DNA from: Lingula anatina
Lineage: Eukaryota; Animalia; Brachiopoda
NCBI GenBank assembly: GCA_051362555.1
Contig: CM120644.1
Coordinates: forward strand, 14,282,534-14,346,533
DNA: 64,000 nt
Direction of reading: 5' to 3'
Part shown: one piece after another, positions 51,101-64,000 of the stretch
How the letters are laid out: every line of letters starts with the position of its first letter
Numbering within the stretch: the first letter of the stretch is position 1
Position numbers and translations under genes: made by a program
Notes under the pieces: model-generated
What the model saw: only the letters and a program-made list of their open reading frames with translations
What the model was told of the DNA's origin: nothing
Database searches by the model: none

Positions 51101-54100
51101 CTACCTGGCCAAAATTGAAGAAATCTCACAGTGCCGGCACTGTTCAAAATCACTCAAAATCACCAAAAATCGACCCGTCTCCGATTTTTCCAAAAAGTGA
51201 CGAAAATCAATCTACCACACCTGTCATTCATAAAAAATGTGGAAACGCGCCCGGGTCACTTCATCAAGGCCCCCAATTCTAGCTTTAAAGATGATCCAAA
51301 AATAAGCTCTGAGAACAGAATCTGAGAGGGGGGGGGGAGACAGAGTTTTTGCTCTATTTCTTCCTTAATGTTGACACCACCACTCTTCCAGCACTTTATT
51401 CTTACTACAAATGACCGAACACACCTACCTGACACTATAATGAAGAAAAAAAAATTTCATCCCTACCTGGCCAAAATTGAAGAAATCTCACAGTGCCGGC
51501 ACTGTTCAAAATCACTCAAAATCACCAAAAATCGACCCGTCTCCGATTTTTCCAAAAAGTGACGAAAATCAATCTACCACACCTGTCATTCATAAAAAAT
51601 GTGGAAACGCGCCCGGGTCACTTCATCAAGGCCCCCAATTCTAGCTTTAAAGATGATCCAAAAATAAGCTCTGAGAACAGAATCTGAGAGGGGGGGGGGG
51701 AGACAGAGTTTTTGCTCTATTTCTTCCTTAATGTTGACACCACCACTCTTCCAGCACTTTATTCTTACTACAAATGACCGAACACACCTACCTGACACTA
51801 TAATGAAGAAAAAAAATTTTCATCCCTACCTGGCCAAAATTGAAGAAATCTCACAGTGCCGGCACTGTTCAAAATCACTCAAAATCACCAAAAATCGACC
51901 CGTCTCCGATTTTTCCAAAAAGTGACGAAAATCAATCTACCACACCTGTCATTCATAAAAAATGTGGAAACGCGCCCGGGTCACTTCATCAAGGCCCCCA
52001 ATTCTAGCTTTAAAGATGATCCAAAAATAAGCTCTGAGAACAGAATCTGAGAGGGGGGGGGGGGGAGACAGAGTTTTTGCTCTATTTCTTCCTTAATGTT
52101 GACACCACCACTCTTCCAGCACTTTATTCTTACTACAAATGACCGAACACACCTACCTGACACTATAATGAAGAAAAAAAATTTTCATCCCTACCTGGCC
52201 AAAATTGAAGAAATCTCACAGTGCCGGCACTGTTCAAAATCACTCAAAATCACCAAAAATCGACCCGTCTCCGATTTTTCCAAAAAGTGACGAAAATCAA
52301 TCTACCACACCTGTCATTCATAAAAAATGTGGAAACGCGCCCGGGTCACTTCATCAAGGCCCCCAATTCTAGCTTTAAAGATGATCCAAAAATAAGCTCT
52401 GAGAACAGAATCTGAGAGGGGGGGGGGAGACAGAGTTTTTGCTCTATTTCTTCCTTAATGTTGACACCACCACTCTTCCAGCACTTTATTCTTACTACAA
52501 ATGACCGAACACACCTACCTGACACTATAATGAAGAAAAAAAATTTTCATCCCTACCTGGCCAAAATTGAAGAAATCTCACAGTGCCGGCACTGTTCAAA
52601 ATCACTCAAAATCACCAAAAATCGACCCGTCTCCGATTTTTCCAAAAAGTGAAGAAAATCAATCTACCACACCTGTCATTCATAAAAAATGTGGAAACGC
52701 GCCCGGGTCACTTCATCAAGGCCCCCAATTCTAGCTTTAAAGATGATCCAAAAAAAAGCTCTGAGAACAGAATCTGAGAGGGGGGGGGGAGACAGAGTTT
52801 TTGCTCTATTTCTTCCTTAATGTTGACACCACCACTCTTCCAGCACTTTATTCTTACTACAAATGACCGAACACACCTACCTGACACTATAATGAAGAAA
52901 AAAAATTTTCATCCCTACCTGGCCAAAATTGAAGAAATCTCACAGTGCCGGCACTGTTCAAAATCACTCAAAATCACCAAAAATCGACCCGTCTCCGATT
53001 TTTCCAAAAAGTGACGAAAATCAATCTACCACACCTGTCATTCATAAAAAATGTGGAAACGCGCCCGGGTCACTTCATCAAGGCCCCCAATTCTAGCTTT
53101 AAAGATGATCCAAAAATAAGCTCTGAGAACAGAATCTGAGAGGGGGGGGGGGAGACAGAGTTTTTGCTCTATTTCTTCCTTAATGTTGACACCACCACTC
53201 TTCCAGCACTTTATTCTTACTACAAATGACCGAACACACCTACCTGACACTATAATGAAGAAAAAAAATTTTCATCCCTACCTGGCCAAAATTGAAGAAA
53301 TCTCACAGTGCCGGCACTGTTCAAAATCACTCAAAATCACCAAAAATCGACCCGTCTCCGATTTTTCCAAAAAGTGACGAAAATCAATCTACCACACCTG
53401 TCATTCATAAAAAATGTGGAAACGCGCCCGGGTCACTTCATCAAGGCCCCCAATTCTAGCTTTAAAGATGATCCAAAAATAAGCTCTGAGAACAGAATCT
53501 GAGAGGGGGGGGGGGAGACAGAGTTTTTGCTCTATTTCTTCCTTAATGTTGACACCACCACTCTTCCAGCACTTTATTCTTACTACAAATGACCGAACAC
53601 ACCTACCTGACACTATAATGAAGAAAAAAAATTTTCATCCCTACCTGGCCAAAATTGAAGAAATCTCACAGTGCCGGCACTGTTCAAAATCACTCAAAAT
53701 CACCAAAAATCGACCCGTCTCCGATTTTTCCAAAAAGTGACGAAAATCAATCTACCACACCTGTCATTCATAAAAAATGTGGAAACGCGCCCGGGTCACT
53801 TCATCAAGGCCCCCAATTCTAGCTTTAAAGATGATCCAAAAATAAGCTCTGAGAACAGAATCTGAGAGGGGGGGGGGGAGACAGAGTTTTTGCTCTATTT
53901 CTTCCTTAATGTTGACACCACCACTCTTCCAGCACTTTATTCTTACTACAAATGACCGAACACACCTACCTGACACTATAATGAAGAAAAAAAATTTTCA
54001 TCCCTACCTGGCCAAAATTGAAGAAATCTCACAGTGCCGGCACTGTTCAAAATCACTCAAAATCACCAAAAATCGACCCGTCTCCGATTTTTCCAAAAAG

Positions 54101-57100
54101 TGACGAAAATCAATCTACCACACCTGTCATTCATAAAAAATGTGGAAACGCGCCCGGGTCACTTCATCAAGGCCCCCAATTCTAGCTTTAAAGATGATCC
54201 AAAAATAAGCTCTGAGAATAGAATCTGAGAGGGGGGGGGGAGACAGAGTTTTTGCTCTATTTCTTCCTTAATGTTGACACCACCACTCTTCCAGCACTTT
54301 ATTCTTACTACAAATGACCGAACACACCTACCTGACACTATAATGAAGAAAAAAAATTTTCATCCCTACCTGGCCAAAATTGAAGAAATCTCACAGTGCC
54401 GGCACTGTTCAAAATCACTCAAAATCACCAAAAATCGACCCGTCTCCGATTTTTCCAAAAAGTGAAGAAAATCAATCTACCACACCTGTCATTCATAAAA
54501 AATGTGGAAACGCGCCCGGGTCACTTCATCAAGGCCCCCAATTCTAGCTTTAAAGATGATCCAAAAATAAGCTCTGAGAACAGAATCTGAGAGGGGGGGG
54601 GAGACAGAGTTTTTGCTCTATTTCTTCCTTAATGTTGACACCACCACTCTTCCAGCACTTTATTCTTACTACAAATGACCGAACACACCTACCTGACACT
54701 ATAATGAAGAAAAAAAATTTTCATCCCTACCTGGCCAAAATTGAAGAAATCTCACAGTGCCGGCACTGTTCAAAATCACTCAAAATCACCAAAAATCGAC
54801 CCGTCTCCGATTTTTCCAAAAAGTGACGAAAATCAATCTACCACACCTGTCATTCATAAAAAATGTGGAAACGCGCCCGGGTCACTTCATCAAGGCCCCC
54901 AATTCTAGCTTTAAAGATGATCCAAAAATAAGCTCTGAGAACAGAATCTGAGAGGGGGGGGGGGAGACAGAGTTTTTGCTCTATTTCTTCCTTAATGTTG
55001 ACACCACCACTCTTCCAGCACTTTATTCTTACTACAAATGACCGAACACACCTACCTGACACTATAATGAAGAAAAAAAAAATTTCATCCCTACCTGGCC
55101 AAAATTGAAGAAATCTCACAGTGCCGGCACTGTTCAAAATCACTCAAAATCACCAAAAATCGACCCGTCTCCGATTTTTCCAAAAAATGACGAAAATCAA
55201 TCTACCACACCTGTCATTCATTAAAAATGTGGAAACGCGCCCGGGTCACTTCATCAAGGCCCCCAATTCTAGCTTTAAAGATGATCCAAAAATAAGCTCT
55301 GAGAACAGAATCTGAGAGGGGGGGGGGGGGAGACAGAGTTTTTGCTCTATTTCTTCCTTAATGTTGACACCACCACTCTTCCAGCACTTTATTCTTACTA
55401 CAAATGACCGAACACACCTACCTGACACTATAATGAAGAAAAAAAATTTTCATCCCTACCTGGCCAAAATTGAAGAAATCTCACAGTGCCGGCACTGTTC
55501 AAAATCACTCAAAATCACCAAAAATCGACCCGTCTCCGATTTTTCCAAAAAGTGACGAAAATCAATCTACCACACCTGTCATTCATAAAAAATGTGGAAA
55601 CGCGCCCGGGTCACTTCATCAAGGCCCCCAATTCTAGCTTTAAAGATGATCCAAAAATAAGCTCTGAGAACAGAATCTGAGAGGGGGGGGGGGGAGACAG
55701 AGTTTTTGCTCTATTTCTTCCTTAATGTTGACACCACCACTCCTCAAGCACTTTATTCTTACTACAAATGACCGAACACACCTACCTGACACTATAATGA
55801 AGAAAAAAAATTTTCATCCCTACCTGGCCAAAATTGAAGAAATCTCACAGTGCCGGCACTGTTCAAAATCACTCAAAATCACCAAAAATCGACCCGTCTC
55901 CGATTTTTCCAAAAAGTGACGAAAATCAATCTACCACACCTGTCATTCATAAAAAAAGTGGAAACGCGCCCGGGTCACTTCATCAAGGCCCCCAATTCTA
56001 GCTTTAAAGATGATCCAAAAATAAGCTCTGAGAACAGAATCTGAGAGGGGGGGGGGGAGACAGAGTTTTTGCTCTATTTCTTCCTTAATGTTGACACCAC
56101 CACTCTTCCAGCACTTTATTCTTACTACAAATGACCGAACACACCTACCTGACACTATAATGAAGAAAAAAAATTTTCATCCCTACCTGGCCAAAATTGA
56201 AGAAATCTCACAGTGCCGGCACTGTTCAAAATCACTCAAAATCACCAAAAATCGACCCGTCTCCGATTTTTCCAAAAAGTGACGAAAATCAATCTACCAC
56301 ACCTGTCATTCATAAAAAATGTGGAAACGCGCCCGGGTCACTTCATCAAGGCCCCCAATTCTAGCTTTAAAGATGATCCAAAAATAAGCTCTGAGAACAG
56401 AATCTGAGAGGGGGGGGGGGGGAGACAGAGTTTTTGCTCTATTTCTTCCTTAATGTTGACACCACCACTCTTCCAGCACTTTATTCTTACTACAAATGAC
56501 CGAACACACCTACCTGACACTATAATGAAGAAAAAAAATTTTCATCCCTACCAGGCCAAAATTGAAGAAATCTCACAGTGCCGGCACTGTTCAAAATCAC
56601 TCAAAATCACCAAAAATCGACCCGTCTCCGATTTTTCCAAAAAGTGACGAAAATCAATCTACCACACCTGTCATTCATAAAAAATGTGGAAACGCGCCCG
56701 GGTCACTTCATCAAGGCCCCCAATTCTAGCTTTAAAGATGATCCAAAAATAAGCTCTGAGAACAGAATCTGAGAGGGGGGGGGGGGAGACAGAGTTTTTG
56801 CTCTATTTCTTCCTTAATGTTGACACCACCACTCTTCCAGCACTTTATTCTTACTACAAATGACCGAACACACCTACCTGACACTATAATGAAGAAAAAA
56901 AATTTTCATCCCTACCTGGCCAAAATTGAAGAAATCTCACAGTGCCGGCACTGTTCAAAATCACTCAAAATCACCAAAAATCGACCCGTCTCCGATTTTT
57001 CCAAAAAGTGACGAAAATCAATCTACCACACCTGTCATTCATAAAAAATGTGGAAACGCGCCCGGGTCACTTCATCAAGGCCCCCAATTCTAGCTTTAAA

Positions 57101-60100
57101 GATGATCCAAAAATAAGCTCTGAGAACAGAATCTGAGAGGGGGGGGGGGGGAGACAGAGTTTTTGCTCTATTTCTTCCTTAATGTTGACACCACCACTCT
57201 TCCAGCACTTTATTCTTACTACAAATGACCGAACACACCTACCTGACACTATAATGAAGAAAAAAATTTTTCATCCCTACCTGGCCAAAATTGAAGAAAT
57301 CTCACAGTGCCGGCACTGTTCAAAATCACTCAAAATCACCAAAAATCGACCCGTCTCCGATTTTTCCAAAAAGTGACGAAAATCAATCTACCACACCTGT
57401 CATTCATAAAAAATGTGGAAACGCGCCCGGGTCACTTCATCAAGGCCCCCAATTCTAGCTTTAAAGATGATCCAAAAATAAGCTCTGAGAACAGAATCTG
57501 AGAGGGGGGGGGGGAGACAGAGTTTTTGCTCTATTTCTTCCTTAATGTTGACACCACCACTCTTCCAGCACTTTATTCTTACTACAAATGACCGAACACA
57601 CCTACCTGACACTATAATGAAGAAAAAAAAATTTCATCCCTACCTGGCCAAAATTGAAGAAATCTCATAGTGCCGGCACTGTTCAAAATCACTCAAAATC
57701 ACTAAAAATCGACCCGTCTCCGATTTTTCCAAAAAGTGACGAAAATCAATCTACCACACCTGTCATTCATAAAAAATGTGGAAACGCGCCCGGGTCACTT
57801 CATCAAGGCCCCCAATTCTAGCTTTAAAGATGATCCAAAAATAAGCTCTGAGAACAGAATCTGAGAGGGGGGGGGGGAGACAGAGTTTTTGCTCTATTTC
57901 TTCCTTAATGTTGACACCACCACTCTTCCAGCACTTTATTCTTACTACAAATGACCGAACACACCTACCTGACACTATAATGAAGAAAAAAAATTTTCAT
58001 CCCTACCTGGCCAAAATTGAAGAAATCTCACAGTGCCGGCACTGTTCAAAATCACTCAATATCACCAAAAATTGACCCGTCTCCGATTTTTCCAAAAAGT
58101 GACGAAAATCAATCTACCACACCTGTCATTCATAAAAAATGTGGAAACGCGCCCGGGTCACTTCATCAAGGCCCCCAATTCTAGCTTTAAAGATGATCCA
58201 AAAATAAGCTCTGAGAACAGAATCTGAGAGGGGGGGGGGAGACAGAGTTTTTGCTCTATTTCTTCCTTAATGTTGACACCACCACTCTTCCAGCATTTTA
58301 TTCTTACTACAAATGACCGAACACACCTACCTGACACTATAATGAAGAAAAAAAATTTTCATCCCTACCTGGCCAAAATTGAAGAAATCTCACAGTGCCG
58401 GCACTGTTCAAAATCACTCAAAATCACCAAAAATCGACCCGTCTCCGATTTTTCCAAAAAGTGACGAAAATCAATCTACCACACCTGTCATTCATAAAAA
58501 ATGTGGAAACGCGCCCGGGTCACTTCATCAAGGCCCCCAATTCTAGCTTTAAAGATGATCCAAAAAAAAGCTCTGAGAACAGAATCTGAGAGGGGGGGGG
58601 AGACAGAGTTTTTGCTCTATTTCTTCCTTAATGTTGACACCACCACTCTTCCAGCACTTTATTCTTACTACAAATGACCGAACACACCTACCTGACACTA
58701 TAATGAAGAAAAAAAATTTTCATCCCTACCTGGCCAAAATTGAAGAAATCTCACAGTGCCGGCACTGTTCAAAATCACTCAAAATCACCAAAAATCGACC
58801 CGTCTCCGATTTTTCCAAAAAGTGACGAAAATCAATCTACCACACCTGTCATTCATAAAAAATGTGGAAACGCGCCCGGGTCACTTCATCAAGGCCCCCA
58901 ATTCTAGCTTTAAAGATGATCCAAAAATAAGCTCTGAGAACAGAATCTGAGAGGGGGGGGGGGGGGAGACAGAGTTTTTGCTCTATTTCTTCCTTAATGT
59001 TGACACCACCACTCTTCCAGCACTTTATTCTTACTACAAATGACCGAACACACCTACCTGACACTATAATGAAGAAAAAAAATTTTCATCCCTACCTGGC
59101 CAAAATTGAAGAAATCTCACAGTGCCGGCACTGTTCAAAATCACTCAAAATCACCAAAAATCGACCCGTCTCCGATTTTTCCAAAAAGTGACGAAAATCA
59201 ATCTACCACACCTGTCATTCATAAAAAATGTGGAAACGCGCCCGGGTCACTTCATCAAGGCCCCCAATTCTAGCTTTAAAGATGATCCAAAAATAAGCTC
59301 TGAGAACAGAATCTGAGAGGGGGGGGGGGAGACAGAGTTTTTGCTCTATTTCTTCCTTAATGTTGACACCACCACTCTTCCAGCACTTTATTCTTACTAC
59401 AAATGACCGAACACACCTACCTGACACTATAATGAAGAAAAAAAATTTTCATCCCTACCTGGCCAAAATTGAAGAAATCTCACAGTGCCGGCACTGTTCA
59501 AAATCACTCAAAATCACCAAAAATCGACCCGTCTCCGATTTTTCCAAAAAGTGACGAAAATCAATCTACCACACCTGTCATTCATAAAAAATGTGGAAAC
59601 GCGCCCGGGTCACTTCATCAAGGCCCCCAATTCTAGCTTTAAAGATGATCCAAAAATAAGCTCTGAGAACAGAATCTGAGAGGGGGGGGGAGACAGAGTT
59701 TTTGCTCTATTTCTTCCTTAATGTTGACACCACCACTCTTCCAGCACTTTATTCTTACTACAAATGACCGAACACACCTACCTGACACTATAATGAAGAA
59801 AAAAAATTTTCATCCCTACCTGGCCAAAATTGAAGAAATCTCACAGTGCCGGCACTGTTCAAAATCACTCAAAATCACCAAAAATCGACCCGTCTCCGAT
59901 TTTTCCAAAAAGTGACGAAAATCAATCTACCACACCTGTCATTCATAAAAAATGTGGAAACGCGCCCGGGTCACTTCATCAAGGCCCCCAATTCTAGCTT
60001 TAAAGATGATCCAAAAATAAGCTCTGAGAACAGAATCTGAGAGGGGGGGGGGGAGACAGAGTTTTTGCTCTATTTCTTCCTTAATGTTGACACCACCACT

Positions 60101-63100
60101 CTTCCAGCACTTTATTCTTACTACAAATGACCGAACACACCTACCTGACACTATAATGAAGAAAAAAAATTTTCATCCCTACCTGGCCAAAATTGAAGAA
60201 ATCTCACAGTGCCGGCACTGTTCAAAATCACTCAAAATCACCAAAAATCGACCCGTCTCCGATTTTTCCAAAAAGTGACGAAAATCAATCTACCACACCT
60301 GTCATTCATAAAAAATGTGGAAACGCGCCCGGGTCACTTCATCAAGGCCCCCAATTCTAGCTTTAAAGATGATCCAAAAATAAGCTCTGAGAACAGAATC
60401 TGAGAGGGGGGGGGGGAGACAGAGTTTTTGCTCTATTTCTTCCTTAATGTTGACACCACCACTCTTCCAGCACTTTATTCTTACTACAAATGACCGAACA
60501 CACCTACCTGACACTATAATGAAGAAAAAAAATTTTCATCCCTACCTGGCCAAAATTGAAGAAATCTCACAGTGCCGGCACTGTTCAAAATCACTCAAAA
60601 TCAGCAAAAATCGACCCGTCTCCGATTTTTCCAAAAAGTGACGAAAATCAATCTACCACACCTGTCATTCATAAAAAATGTGGAAACGCGCCCGGGTCAC
60701 TTCATCAAGGCCCCCAATTCTAGCTTTAAAGATGATCCAAAAATAAGCTCTGAGAACAGAATCTGAGAGGGGGGGGGGGGAGACAGAGTTTTTGCTCTAT
60801 TTCTTCCTTAATGTTGACACCACCACTCTTCCAGCACTTTATTCTTACTACAAATGACCGAACACACCTACCTGACACTATAATGAAGAAAAAAAATTTT
60901 CATCCCTACCTGGCCAAAATTGAAGAAATCTCACAGTGCCAGCACTGTTCAAAATCACTCAAAATCACCAAAAATCGACACGTCTCCGATTTTTCCAAAA
61001 AGTGACGAAAATCAATCTACCACACCTGTCATTCATAAAAAATGTGGAAACGCGCCCGGGTCACTTCATCAAGGCCCCCAATTCTAGCTTTAAAGATGAT
61101 CCAAAAATAAGCTCTGAGAACAGAATCTGAGAGGGGGGGGGGAGACAGAGTTTTTGCTCTATTTCTTCCTTAATGTTGACACCACCACTCTTCCAGCACT
61201 TTATTCTTACTACAAATGACCGAACACACCTACCTGACACTATAATGAAGAAAAAAAATTTTCATCCCTACCTGGCCAAAACTGAAGAAATCTCACAGTG
61301 CCGGCACTGTTCAAAATCACTCAAAATCACCAAAAATCGACCCGTCTCCGATTTTTCCAAAAAGTGACGAAAATCAATCTACCACACCTGTCATTCATAA
61401 AAAATGTGGAAACGCGCCCGGGTCACTTCATCAAGGCCCCCAATTCTAGCTTTAAAGATGATCCAAAAATAAGCTCTGAGAACAGAATCTGAGAGGGGGG
61501 GGGGGAGACAGAGTTTTTGCTCTATTTCTTCCTTAATGTTGACACCACCACTCTTCCAGCACTTTATTCTTACTACAAATGACCGAACACACCTACCTGA
61601 CACTATAATGAAGAAAAAAAATTTTCATCCCTACCTGGCCAAAATTGAAGAAATCTCACAGTGCCGGCACTGTTCAAAATCACTCAAAATCACCAAAAAT
61701 CGACCCGTCTCCGATTTTTCCAAAAAGTGACGAAAATCAATCTACCACACCTGTCATTCATAAAAAATGTGGAAACGCGCCCGGGTCACTTCATCAAGGC
61801 CCCCAATTCTAGCTTTAAAGATGATCCAAAAATAAGCTCTGAGAACAGAATCTGAGAGGGGGGGGGGAGACAGAGTTTTTGCTCTATTTCTTCCTTAATG
61901 TTGACACCACCACTCTTCCAGCACTTTATTCTTACTACAAATGACCGAACACACCTACCTGACACTATAATGAAGAAAAAAAATTTTCATCCCTACCTGG
62001 CCAAAATTGAAGAAATCTCACAGTGCCGGCACTGTTCAAAATCACTCAAAATCACCAAAAATCGACCCGTCTCCGATTTTTCCAAAAAGTGACGAAAATC
62101 AATCTACCACACCTGTCATTCATAAAAAATGTGGAAACGCGCCCGGGTCACTTCATCAAGGCCCCCAATTCTAGCTTTAAAGATGATCCAAAAATAAGCT
62201 CTGAGAACAGAATCTGAGAGGGGGGGGGGAGACAGAGTTTTTGCTCTATTTCTTCCTTAATGTTGACACCACCACTCTTCCAGCACTTTATTCTTACTAC
62301 AAATGACCGAACACACCTACCTGACACTATAATGAAGAAAAAAAATTTTCATCCCTACCTGGCCAAAATTGAAGAAATCTCACAGTGCCGGCACTGTTCA
62401 AAATCACTCAAAATCACCAAAAATCGACCCGTCTCCGATTTTTCCAAAAAGTGACGAAAATCAATCTACCACACCTGTCATTCATAAAAAATGTGGAAAC
62501 GCGCCCGGGTCACTTCATCAAGGCCCCCAATTCTAGCTTTAAAGATGATCCAAAAATAAGCTCTGAGAACAGAATCTGAGAGGGGGGGGGGGGAGACAGA
62601 GTTTTTGCTCTATTTCTTCCTTAATGTTGACACCACCACTCTTCCAGCACTTTATTCTTACTACAAATGACCGAACACACCTACCTGACACTATAATGAA
62701 GAAAAAAAATTTTCATCCCTACCTGGCCAAAATTGAAGAAATCTCACAGTGCCGGCACTGTTCAAAATCACTCAAAATCACCAAAAATCGACCCGTCTCC
62801 GATTTTTCCAAAAAGTGACGAAAATCAATCTACCACACCTGTCATTCATAAAAAATGTGGAAACGCGCCCGGGTCACTTCATCAAGGCCCCCAATTCTAG
62901 CTTTAAAGATGATCCAAAAATAAGCTCTGAGAACAGAATCTGAGAGGGGGGGGGGAGACAGAGTTTTTGCTCTATTTCTTCCTTAATGTTGACACCACCA
63001 CTCTTCCAGCACTTTATTCTTACTACAAATGACCGAACACACCTACCTGACACTATAATGAAGAAAAAAAATTTTCATCCCTACCTGGCCAAAATTGAAG

Positions 63101-64000
63101 AAATCTCACAGTGCCGGCACTGTTCAAAATCACTCAAAATCACCAAAAATCGACCCGTCTCCGATTTTTCCAAAAAGTGACGAAAATCAATCTACCACAC
63201 CTGTCATTCATAAAAAATGTGGAAACGCGCCCGGGTCACTTCATCAAGGCCCCCAATTCTAGCTTTAAAGATGATCCAAAAATAAGCTCTGAGAACAGAA
63301 TCTGAGAGGGGGGGGGGGAGACAGAGTTTTTGCTCTATTTCTTCCTTAATGTTGACACCACCACTCTTCCAGCACTTTATTCTTACTACAAATGACCGAA
63401 CACACCTACCTGACACTATAATGAAGAAAAAAAATTTTCATCCCTACCTGGCCAAAATTGAAGAAATCTCACAGTGCCGGCACTGTTCAAAATCACTCAA
63501 AATCACCAAAAATCGACCCGTCTCCGATTTTTCCAAAAAGTGACGAAAATCAATCTACCACACCTGTCATTCATAAAAAATGTGGAAACGCGCCCGGGTC
63601 ACTTCATCAAGGCCCCCAATTCTAGCTTTAAAGATGATCTAAAAATAAGCTCTGAGAACAGAATCTGAGAGGGGGGGGGGGAGACAGAGTTTTTGCTCTA
63701 TTTCTTCCTTAATGTTGACACCACCACTCTTCCAGCACTTTATTCTTACTACAAATGACCGAACACACCTACCTGACACTATAATGAAGAAAAAAAATTT
63801 TCATCCCTACCTGGCCAAAATTGAAGAAATCTCACAGTGCCGGCACTGTTCAAAATCACTCAAAATCACCAAAAATCGACCCGTCTCCGATTTTTCCAAA
63901 AAGTGACGAAAATCAATCTACCACACCTGTCATTCATAAAAAATGTGGAAACGCGCCCGGGTCACTTCATCAAGGCCCCCAATTCTAGCTTTAAAGATGA
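48100..64000 (+). repeat. Satellite DNA array, same ~363-bp monomer and orientation, ~44 copies; runs off the right edge of the window
   Basis: Period 360-367 bp, with more scattered SNPs than the left array. Confidence 0.99.

Noticed and set aside
162-63906. Hundreds of identical 60-71 aa ORFs as a tandem gene array
   Set aside because: They are overlapping translations of the satellite monomer with non-ATG starts in several frames and no recognisable domain. They are broken freely by indels and G-run changes.

Overview
This is eukaryotic, probably marine-invertebrate, heterochromatin-like DNA with no intact host gene. Two head-to-tail arrays of one ~363-bp satellite in the same orientation (1-26820, ~74 monomers; ~47740-64000, ~45 monomers) flank a ~21-kb island of decayed mobile DNA. 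The island contains a CR1/L2-type LINE 3' end, a 1.67-kb Tc1-type element built from two transposase tails in inverted orientation, an intron-containing Kolobok-like transposase relic, two convergent DIRS/Ngaro-type relics, PIF/Harbinger-like MITEs, Helentron-like fragments, a 34-bp minisatellite and an IS3EU-like foldback with a 6-bp TSD. The hundreds of 60-70 aa ORFs in the track are only the satellite monomer translated repeatedly. Best leads: (1) an apparent record of the satellite's origin, from a ~181-bp relic repeat at 45.8 kb, through diverged border monomers, to the homogenised 363-bp unit that carries a perfect palindrome; (2) a pair of inverted, octamer-containing promoter-like blocks 5 kb apart; (3) the double-tailed Tc1 element. 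All family assignments come from motifs recognised by eye; no database search was run.
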